A DNA stretch of 62,949 nucleotides, the filler included, from Octopus bimaculoides (Eukaryota): assembly GCF_001194135.2 (NCBI RefSeq). It is 9 parts of 9 records of this genome, joined end to end, with 100 filler letters (N's around TTAATTAATTAA, not from the genome) between each part and the next. Parts side by side here need not be neighbours in the genome. Positions count along the whole stretch, not along the records: positions 48,382 to 57,959 come from NC_068987.1; positions 58,060 to 60,789 come from NC_068999.1; positions 60,890 to 62,949 come from NW_026316455.1; 6 more parts are not named here. One strand, 5' to 3'. The notes beneath the pieces were generated by a model, which was not told where the DNA came from, ran no database searches, and worked only from the letters and a program-made list of their open reading frames with translations. The position numbers were made by a program, and so were the translations under genes. Below are positions 52,863-62,949 of this stretch, piece by piece. Each line of letters opens with the position of its first letter. Position 1 is the first letter of the stretch.

Positions 52863-53949
52863 TAGATATTGTTCATCAATGTAACTGTTAGTTGATTTTC
52901 TGTAAGATAGAATTTTTCTTCTGCTCATACTATTATTGTTTCCCTAATATCTTTATGATAAATATTTTTGAATTATTAAAATTGTTTAAATATTTGTTCG
53001 AGTTTCAATCTCGTGGTTTTGAATTAAACCCAAGAATTATTAAATTTATGTATTTTAAGTAATGAAAATGGAGACAAATTGTCAAAGTAACAATGCATGG
53101 AACCATGGTTCAGCTCATTTCTTCAAATGAATCTGTCGTTTACGCGAAAGAATTAATCATTCATTGATAAGTCCACCATCTGTTCCTTGGTTGATTTCAG
53201 CACAATCCATTTAATTGTAAGCATGTCACGTTCACCAGTCTGCATATAACGTGATAACTTTATACACATTTTCTTTTTTTTTTCTCATTTAACAATCTGA
53301 GTTGTGGTTTCTTCCTTTTTTTTTTCTTTCTTCTTAGGAATCCTCGCAAAAGTTAATGAACGCCCCCTCATCTGCCCATCAATAAGATACTGTTGAAAAG
53401 AGAAATAATGATAAACANNNNNNNNNNNNNNNNNNNNNNNNNNNNNNNNNNNNNNNNNNNNNNNNNNNNNNNNNNNNNNNNNNNNNNNNNNNNNNNNNNN
53501 NNNNNNNNNNNNNNNNNNNNNNNNNNNNNNNNNNNNNNNNNNNNNNNNNNNNNNNNNNNNNNNNNGTTACAATCGGGTGACTGCAGTTAAATGAGGAATG
53601 CGTAATTTGAATACTATATAGGAAAATGGAGTTTGGGCAATCATGAAGAAATAAACAGTTATCTAATGGCTTGCCAGCTCTCGGAAATAAACAGAGAAAT
53701 CATAAATGGCTATGTCAAAACTATGTTTTGACACAAATGAATAACTGACAGTGACATTTTATCTAAAATTTAAGACTACAACTAAATTCACGTCTGACGT
53801 CTCTGGGGAAAATAACAGCGCTCTAAAACTGAATATGGATCCCATTAGAGTAGCTAATTTAGCAAGTTATATCCCTCAAACACATATAGACATCAGATAT
53901 AAAAATAGAACACAAAATAAAGTTAAACAAAGTAAAACATACAATCTGC

Positions 53950-54058
53950 GATGGACTGGCGCCCCGTCCAGCTGGGGGTACACGCGCCATAGAAACCGCG
54001 AAACTGGGCCCATGCGCCTGGCTAGGCTTTGAAAGAGCGCATAAATAAATAAATAAAT
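53950..54058 (+). mobile_element. SINE 3' part with a V-domain-like core and (AAAT)n tail
   Basis: GATGGACTGGCGCCCCGTCCAG...GGGGTAC resembles the V-SINE conserved domain. Confidence 0.55.
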
Positions 54059-54329
54059 ATAAAACATACAATATATAAACTACGAAAATAAAAGCATTGA
54101 ATACGCGTATTAATATTAAGAATGTAGAGCATGACAATAGAACTAGCAAGTGCAAAACTATTTTTAGAAAAACATCTGTATCAAAATCAAAATCCTTGCA
54201 TACTAAAAAATTACTGGGATGGAAGAGCTGAACTAGAACTGCGTAGACTTCTGTATAAATAGGATGAGACGGGTGTTTGAAAATGAATGCAAACATAAGT
54301 AAGAAAGAATAAGTAATACAGGCGTGCAC

Positions 54330-54415
54330 CGTTGGGGAGTGTCTTCTGCTTATAGACTCCGGCTGAAGACAGCGTCGAAAGTGAATTTGGTAGACGGAAA
54401 CTGAATGAAGCGCAT

Positions 54416-54448
<33 letters not shown>

Positions 54449-54800
54449 NNNNNNNNNNNNNNNNNNNNNNNNNNNNNNNNNNNNNNNNNNNNNNNNNNNN
54501 NNNNNNNNNNNNNNNNNNNNNNNNNNNNNNNNNNNNNNNNNNNNNNNNNNNNNNNNNNNNNNNNNNNNNNNNNNNNNNNNNNNNNNNNNNNNNNNGTGTG
54601 TGTGTGTGTGTGTGTGTGCATGTGTGTGTGTGTGTGTGTGTGTGTCTGTATGTGTGTATGTGTGTGTGTTTGTGTGTGTCTGACTATGTGTGTGTGTCTC
54701 TGTAACTGTGTTTGCCTCCCCATCACTGCTTGACGACTGGTGTTGTATTTACGTCCCCATAGATTAGAGGTTCATCAAGAGGGACCAATAGAATAAGTAC
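54330..54800 (+). mobile_element. SINE family 1, diverged
   Basis: TTTGGTAGACGGAAACTGAA, the microsatellite and gap, CTGCTTGACGACTGGTGTTG and AATAGAATAAGTAC match the other copies. Confidence 0.8.
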
Positions 54801-55019
54801 TTTACTATTTTTTCTAAACCTCTCATATTAATTTTTTTCATTATTTGAGAGTATGAAGTCAATTATCTGGCATTTTCTATTCTCTGTCCCTACTACTACT
54901 ACCACTACTGCTACCTAATCAGACCTTCTGGCTTCTATTACACTGTCAGTTTCAATGTTTAAGTCCCACAACATCTTGTATTTCTTACTTTCTAATACTT
55001 TGCTAGGTTCATGTTCATA

Positions 55020-55107
55020 CCATGCCATACCATACCATACCATACCATACCATACCATACTACACCAAACTATTCTTCTTCTTCTTCTTCTTCTTCTTCT
55101 TCTTCTT

Positions 55108-55138
<31 letters not shown>

Positions 55139-55157
55139 TTATTATTATTATTATTAT

Positions 55158-55215
<58 letters not shown>

Positions 55216-55220
55216 CGTAG
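55020..55220. repeat. Compound microsatellite (CCATA)n-(CTT)n-(ATT)n-(AGT)n
   Basis: Visible directly in the sequence. Confidence 0.95.
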
Positions 55221-55224
55221 TATT

Positions 55225-55442
55225 AAGGCAGCTAGCTAGCAGAATCGTTAGCACGCTGGACGAAATGCTTAGCAGTATATCGCCTGTCGTCACGTTCTGA
55301 CTTCAAATTCCACAGAGGTCGACTTTGCCTTTAAAATCCTTTCGGGGTCGATAAATTAACTACCAGTGAAACACTGGGATCTATATAATCGACGATCCCC
55401 CTCCCCGAAATTTCAAATCGTGTGCCTATAGCAGAAAGGATC
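55225..55442 (+). mobile_element. SINE family 2 copy
   Basis: Reads GGCAGC..GCTAGCAGAATCGTTAGCACGC...TTCAAATTCC...TTTGCCTTT...AGAAAGGAT followed by (ATT)n. Collinear with 55566-55782. Confidence 0.85.
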
Positions 55443-55460
55443 ATCATTATTATTATTATA

Positions 55461-55782
<322 letters not shown>

Positions 55783-55796
55783 TTATTACTATTATT

Positions 55797-56288
55797 GAGT
55801 GAGAGGGCAACGCATGCCATCAAAGTGACACTGGAGTAAAATATACGAAGCCCAGTATAGACATCATGACTAGCCGTCTGACAAGGGTACACCAGGCACA
55901 TCCATCATAGGTGAGATACAATTAGAATTTTTGTCAGCCCTTGCCACTCAAAGGTTCTCTGGAGAATGGTTGTTTAACGATGTTTAACGGTACACCCTTG
56001 TTTCCAGAGTTGAATTATTCAATCCCCAAAGAATTCCTCTTAACACATGGCTATAATGCTCCCCCACTACTTCTGCTTATGATCAGAAATGCACACATCG
56101 TCAGCCAGTGATGGACATGCTCAACTAGTTAAGGTGAAACAACTGACAGACAAGCAGATCTGTGGTATTTAGTAGAGCATTTGCTGTAGCCCATCTTTTA
56201 TACCAATCAAAATAATGTACATAATAACATTTCCGATCAGTTATGTTGAGAAGTCATAAAAGACTGCTGCCTGGTACTGCATCAGGGC

Positions 56289-56290
<2 letters not shown>
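55797..56290. mobile_element. Unclassified interspersed repeat flanked by (ATT)n on both sides
   Basis: About 490 bp of complex sequence with sharp boundaries inside ATT arrays. No ORF recognised. Confidence 0.45.
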
Positions 56291-56360
<70 letters not shown>

Positions 56361-56367
<7 letters not shown>

Positions 56368-56690
56368 TCTGCCTTAGCGAAGGCGGAGGTATTGTTTCAG
56401 TCGTGTTTGTTTGTTTGTTTGTTTGTCCATGGGCAAGATATCTCAAGAACCGCTGGATAGATTCGGATGAAACTTTCAGGGATGCTTCGCCTTGTAACTG
56501 GCACGAACGGAAGAGATTTTGGTATCGATCCGGTAGCGGACAAGGATTCTGGATTATTTGTTCTATTTACTTTACTTTACACCAAGTATTACAATCTCCG
56601 ATTATCTCCCTTGAAAGCACGCTCATGGTTTCCACGTATATTTATGGTGGCGTTGCTGTAACCAAAGTTTTATTTCCGTTTCTCTATTAT
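56361..56690 (+). mobile_element. Helentron-associated non-autonomous element (HINE/DINE-1-like)
   Basis: Begins TATTACCTCTGCC-ttagcgaa-GGCGGAGGT (hairpin), then (GTTT)n and CAAGATATCTCAAGAACC...GATGAAACTT. This is the DINE-1/HINE layout. The 3' end is uncertain. Confidence 0.7.
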
Positions 56691-57094
56691 TAATTTTACT
56701 CGCGTCTCTATCTTAGTAGAAACTGATGGATAAAAAAAAATCAAACTACATAAACAAACGGCAGCAAAACCCTTCAGAAAAAAATTAGCACTAACACATT
56801 CATTAATAATAATAAATTCAGTTTATCCTCGAAAATTTTCACTTTTACCAATTTTAAATATATCGCTCCTGTTTAAAACCTCTCCACTACTTGACAATTG
56901 CATTTCTAGCTCTGCCTTCTAGGAAGCTACACTTCTTGAACTCACGATTTTGTGCGCACACATATACAAGTATAGCAATACACATGCACACACACAGGTA
57001 TACACGCATACACACACAAACGCAGACATCTAAACACTCATATAAATGTATGGTGGTGCATTTATTTATGTCTGTGTGCATTTATATGCATTCA

Positions 57095-57275
57095 TAGCGG
57101 CATTCTATCCGCCCTTACGTCCCGAGTTCAAATTCTTCTTTGGTTGACTTTTTCTGTCATTCGTTTGGGGTTTGTCGAAATATGCATCAGTTGAACACTG
57201 GGTTCGGCGTAATCGATTTAGCCAGCACACCCCACTCGAAATTGTTGGTCTTGAGCCGAAATTTGAAGCTAATAT
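57095..57275 (+). mobile_element. SINE family 2, diverged and head-truncated
   Basis: CCTTACGTCCCGAGTTCAAATT...GTTGACTTT...CGTAATCGAT...GAAATTTGAA matches the family 2 layout. Confidence 0.6.
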
Positions 57276-57802
57276 TAGTCGAGCAAGCCAACTTAAATTG
57301 ATATTATTTCTGGTGTTTGATATATCCTTGTAATCTGAATGTCATTTAAACTAGAAGAATAAAGTTCATTACTTCATTCAGGCTGTTTCTGTATTAGTCC
57401 ATATCTTTATTACTAAAAGTAGTAAATCATTTGCAAAACAAATAAGTAAATCATAATTCTACCTATATTCTTATAAGATTTAATAATAAATTCAACTTTG
57501 AAAATGCACAACTGCTTAGCATACTTTTTCAGATATTTTGTTATATCCAATCCATTTCGTAGATATTTCCGTACGAATCAAATTAAACACGTCAATTCAT
57601 TTCATTTCATACGTAATAGGAAATGAACATTGATTATGTATAGAGAATTTTTAAACAATAAGTAGCTTTTTTGATGCAAAACAGCTGGTGTTATATATAT
57701 ACGTATATGTGTGCGTGTGTGTGTGTGTTTGTTTGTGTGCGTGCGTGCGTGCGTGCGTGCTTGTGCGTGCGTGCGTGCTTGTGCGTGCGTGCGTGCTTGT
57801 GC

Positions 57803-57842
<40 letters not shown>

Positions 57843-59009
57843 ATATATATATGTATATATATATGTATATATATATGCTCCATAATTTCCACCGCGATAG
57901 AAATGCTGAAATGGACATTTTTTCATATATACACATATTTGACGCACACATGCATACATNNNNNNNNNNNNNNNNNNNNNNNNNNNNNNNNNNNNNNNNN
58001 NNNTTAATTAATTAANNNNNNNNNNNNNNNNNNNNNNNNNNNNNNNNNNNNNNNNNNNNAACTAGCACAGCTGTGTCTTAATTAGGTGCTTATTAAGTTG
58101 CTAAAGGTCCGAGTAAATTTAGGTACCATTCCTCTCTGCTAATTAAAAGTTTATTCATTTCATTTTATTTCGTTCTACACCCCGCTTCCTCCGCAATGTT
58201 TTATTGTCCCTGGTAATGTTATTATAGTTGTATTTATTGTTGTTTTGTTGCTGCATAGATTTGTCTTGGATATGATTGTACCGAAACCGAATTTGCCATG
58301 CTTGCAGATGTTTTTGTAGTTATCGATGGCCGTTTCCTTGTCGTCGTCGTCGTCGTCGTTGTTGTTGTTGTTATCGATATTGTTATTATTAATGTTGTTA
58401 TTATTATTAGTCTTTTTATTGTCAATGTCGTTGTTGGCGTTGTTGTATTCGTTGCTCTCTTACATTACATCCCAGATTATCAGAACAATATTGCTGGTCT
58501 ATTTGTTTTGCTCCGCCCACCATTATGGCGAAGGCATCGCCTCAAAATAACTGTTTAATTAAAACGGAATTAATTGTAAATTATCACTTAATGTTGCAAA
58601 ACTCTTCACTAATAAACAAAACCCGAACAGCAAACAAAAAACACCATAATTTGCCTATTACAAAGATGGCTTTTCTTTCTCTCTCTCTCATTTTCTCTTT
58701 CTCTTTGTCTCTGTTTGTCTGTCGGTCTGCCAGTCTCTTTCACTCTCTCGCTGTCTCCTAGGCATGAAGACAAACATACAAATATACACATATATATTTC
58801 ATATGACTGATTGCGCTCGTTTAATAATTCAAGTAACAATGAAGTAACTCGCCAATTGATTACTTTTATATGAATGTATGTATGTATGTATGTATGTATG
58901 TATGTATGTATGTATGCATGTATGTATGTAAGTATGCATGTATGTACATATGTATGTCTGTATAATATGTATATGCATATATACACACACACACATACAC
59001 ACACACACA

Positions 59010-59067
<58 letters not shown>

Positions 59068-59932
59068 CATATTTATTTGTATATGCCTGGATATACGTGT
59101 TTATATGTGTGTGTGTGTGCGTGCGTGAGGGTGTGTGAAAGTAAAGATTCTTGGAATGTTTCTCTGAATTGCATGTTGCTGATTATTGAATCAACTGATG
59201 ATGTGATGATGCGACAGAACGTGACAATATATAAGTAGAAAAATTCGTGAACACATCGGAATATGATTAGTGAGTAAGATTTGATTGGTTGCCTATAAAT
59301 AAGTAAATTGAACGTTAAAATGTACGATGTTTGCTTCTCAATTATCATTTGTAGAACACGTAATATACTCATCTATTCACAAGCAAAAATATGTGATATT
59401 TTCACGTCCTTAGGATCATATATGTAAAATACAGTAAAACTGAAGGCTATTGCTAATGTGGTTTGAGTCTCGATCAACAACTGCATCATATTCAATATAT
59501 CGTCCTTTTTCAGGATATGTTGAGTTCAATATGGGAGAAATTAAGTATTTTTTTATTCAAGTGATAGGTGAAAATTCCTATAAAAATATCAAACGGAATG
59601 TCGATTAAAGTTCAATTCTGACAAGGCTCAAAACTTCTGGAGTCATTTACACGGGTCAATACGTGTTCTAATGGACCAATTGATTTTATATTTATTAATA
59701 TTATTGGTAATTAAACTCTGTGTATTTTGGATAGTGAAGTGTTTAATTAATTTACGAGAATCGTTTTTTAATTGGGTTTTCTGTAAAATAATCATTATTT
59801 TGTTTGTAGTTTGCAAGAAAGGACTTACCTTGATAGCATAATATTTTCCAAATTCCCTTGATAGGAATGTGTTGATGTTAGAGTCGTCGACAATATATAG
59901 ATAAGAGATTTCCATGTTCGTATCTTATTATA

Positions 59933-60765
59933 CGTGGGTGGGCTAATTGTGGAGTTAAATCTTGCTTGCATTAATTTCAGACCTTCTTTTTAATAACTGC
60001 ATTATTTCTTTCTATTTAAACTGACATCTGACTGTTAAAAGAAGACTCTAGAAGTAACTAATAGCGACTTCTCTCTTGAAAATGGACAAAGTTTGGCATC
60101 GTGGTGTTATCAAATACCTGCAGAAAAACGGTTTAGTCCCCAAAGACATCCATGCTACATTAAGTGATGACGCTTCAACTTTATCAACAGTGCAAAAGTG
60201 GGCAGCTGAATTTAAGTGGGGCAGAGAGAGGCTTGAAGATGACTCAGCGCCTGAACGCCCTACAACTGCCACACCGAGACAAACATTGATCGGGTTCACC
60301 GCATCCTGATGGACGACTGGCTATTGGCTATAAAACAAATAGCCAATGCTATAAGCATATCTTGTGAGAGAATTGAGAATATTGTAAATGAAGTTGACAT
60401 GAGGAACGCTTCTACTCGGTGAGTGCCACGTCTGACACCTGATCAGAGGCGCACAAGGCTGATCACATCACGGGAAAATCTGACATTGTTTGAAGCAGAT
60501 CCAACTGGTTTTCTTGAACGTTTCCTAATCCACGATGAATGTCTAGTTCATCACTTTGAGACAAAGAGACAATCCATGTAGTGAAAACACCCTCTTCAAC
60601 AGCTCCGAAGAAGGCCAAGGTCGTTTCATCTGCAGGGAGGGTGACAACCTCCGTTTTATGGGATGCAAAATACATTGTGTCTATAGACTGTCTTCAAAAG
60701 GGCCACAACATTAATGAAGAGAACTATACGAACTTGCTGAGGCACTTACGAAAGACTATCAAACT
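59933..60765 (+). mobile_element. Mariner (DD34D-type) transposase pseudogene, 3'-truncated by a microsatellite and gap
   Basis: Starts TA|CGTGGGTGGGCT. Remnants read MDKVWHRGVIKYLQKNGL...KWAAEFKWGRERLEDD, IHDECLVHHF and APKKAKVVSSAGRVTTSVLWD. Confidence 0.9.
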
Positions 60766-61051
60766 ATATATATATATATATATATATATNNNNNNNNNNN
60801 NNNNNNNNNNNNNNNNNNNNNNNNNNNNNNNNNTTAATTAATTAANNNNNNNNNNNNNNNNNNNNNNNNNNNNNNNNNNNNNNNNNNNNTATATACACAT
60901 ACATACATACATACATACATATTTGGTGAGAGAAAGAGACAGAGTGACAGAGACGTGGAGAGCGGCAGATAATACAGAGAGAGGGGGATAGAGAGATTGA
61001 TAAATAGACAAATAGATAGATAGATAAAGACATACATACATAGACACACCC

Positions 61052-61082
<31 letters not shown>

Positions 61083-61934
61083 TACATAGATACATACATA
61101 CATACATACATACACACATACATACACGCACACACTCAAACACGTAAGCCTTCATCCTAAGAGTACATTGCGTGTGTAACACCAGACAACACACCCTGCA
61201 TAAAAAAAAACGAAAAAAACTATTGAAACGTCGAGTTGTTAAGATGAATGAATGGAATATCACAAGAGGATAATAACTCAGTGAATATAGTTTTAATTGC
61301 AGGGAAGAAAAAAATATATATATAAAGCAAACAGATAAATTTATATATGTGTTTGTTTATCATAGAGGTATTTTGTATTGTTTTTGTATTGTTTTTGTAT
61401 TGTTTTTATATTGTTTTTGTATTGTTTGTATATTTTTAGAGATGTGTAGGATAAACTGAGATTTGCTGAAATTTCTAAAGTAAAAGGAAAAAATTAAATA
61501 TATTGTGAAATATTGTTTGTTCCGGGTTTTTTTATTTTTTTCTTATTGTTGTTTTGGAGTTTTGCTTGTTTTTTGTTTTTGGGGTGGGGGCGCTTGTTTA
61601 TTTGTGTTTTGAATTTTATTTATTATTTTTTTTTTTTGGCTCTCTTCAATTTAATTTTACTCTTTTTGGTTTCTGTGGTTTTTGGTGAGGTGAGGAACTT
61701 TTGTCAAATTTGATGTCGGATGAAAAAAAAAATGAATGGAACGGCAACAATAATAACGAAATGCTAAATAATCACAACAACAACAACAACAATAACACCA
61801 ATAACAACAATAACAACGACTGCAACAACTGTAGCAACAACAGTCATGATACTAGCAACAAAGAACAACAACAACAATAACAACAACAACAACAACGATA
61901 CCAACAAGAAAAGCAACAACGACACTATATAGTG

Positions 61935-62139
61935 ATTTCAAATTTCTGCACAAGGCCAGCAATTTCAGGGGAGGAGTGGTGGTGGGGTTGCAGTCGATTC
62001 CATCAAGCTCCTGTGTTCAAATGATAATTAATTTTATCGATTCCGAAAAAAATGAAAGGCAAAAATCGACTTCACCGGAATTTGAACTCAGAACGTAAAG
62101 ATGGAAGAAAGGCCGTCAGGCGTTTTGCCCGGCGCGCTA
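61935..62139 (-). mobile_element. SINE family 2 copy
   Basis: The reverse complement gives TAGCGCGCCGGGCAAAACG...CTTTACGTTCTGAGTTCAAATTCC...TTTTGCCTTTCAT...GAAATTTGAAA. Confidence 0.75.
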
Positions 62140-62299
62140 NNNNNNNNNNNNNNNNNNNNNNNNNNNNNNNNNNNNNNNNNNNNNNNNNNNNNNNNNNNNN
62201 NNNNNNNNNNNNNNNNNNNNNNNNNNNNNNNNNNNNNNNNNNNNNNNNNNNNNNNNNNNNNNNNNNAATACTTTTTATGGGCAATTTGATTTTATATAT

Positions 62300-62490
62300 G
62301 TTTTTTAATCGAAATCTTTTAATTGACAATAAACCTATTTGTTAAATACTGTTAAATAACTAAATGTAAAAATATATGTTATTTTAAGCAAATATTTATG
62401 TATAAATTTCATAAGCGTTTATAAGGGGGTCCCTAACGTAAAGCCTGAAATATAAAGGGGTCCGCAAGTCAAAAAGTTTGAAAACCCCTG
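62300..62490. mobile_element. hAT MITE right end
   Basis: Ends GGGGTCCGC...AAAAAGTTTGAAAACCCCTG (reverse-complement TIR CAGGGGTTTTCAAAC). The left end was not found and is possibly in the gap. Confidence 0.65.
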
Positions 62491-62949
62491 ATATCAGCAA
62501 CAACAATACCACGAGCAGCAGCAGCAGCAGCAACATAGTAACAATAACAAAAACAACAACAATGGTAGCCATTGTAGCGAGAATAATTACGATTGGCTCA
62601 ATGACAACCACAGCAGCAACAACAACAACACTCAGAGAATACAGTAGTAACGAGAGCCATGAGGTCGTCACTGAACCTGCTAGAAATAGCAGCGAGCTCT
62701 CCTTCGAAAACACAGTCCTCTGTCTTGGAAAGACACAATTTATTTCAGCTTGTCTTTGCGGGGATTCAAGATTCCAACGTGACCCTGGCAGGGTAGCTAA
62801 CGGGTGCTGTGCCCTGCCAACTCGCGACTTTACCCGTGATTGCTTATTGAGTATTCGCAGCTCAACTCTACATCTACAGGCCGTTCCGCTATCTGCAAAT
62901 AGGGGATCCGGTGGATAGGCGTTATCATCACCACACCATATGTATACAT

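Overview
AT-rich, microsatellite-laden animal genomic DNA with many N-gaps. The SINE families, TE content and intron sizes suggest a cephalopod, probably Octopus (inference from recognition, not from a search). The only host-gene coding sequence I can support is two + strand exons of a Dscam-family Ig cell-adhesion receptor: 37635-37931 (whole Ig5-like domain) and 39331-39441 (N-terminal half of the Ig6-like domain), both phase 1-1 with AG/GT sites. The rest appears to be intronic and is a patchwork of decayed mobile elements: Penelope-like elements (Naiad-type and Neptune/Poseidon-type) with degenerate minimal hammerhead motifs, R4/Dong-like LINEs ending in (TAA)n arrays, RTE LINEs (one family ending in tandem C2H2 fingers), a CR1-like fragment, Tc1, mariner and DD41D transposons, Tc1 and hAT MITEs, a Helentron-type non-autonomous element and two or more tRNA-derived SINE families. 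Most ORFs in the track are microsatellite or gap artefacts. The most unusual object is at 42921-43270: a head-to-head inverted tRNA-Arg-like hairpin joined through (AAT)n to a hammerhead-like motif, possibly a tRNA-headed non-autonomous element mobilised by Penelope-like machinery.
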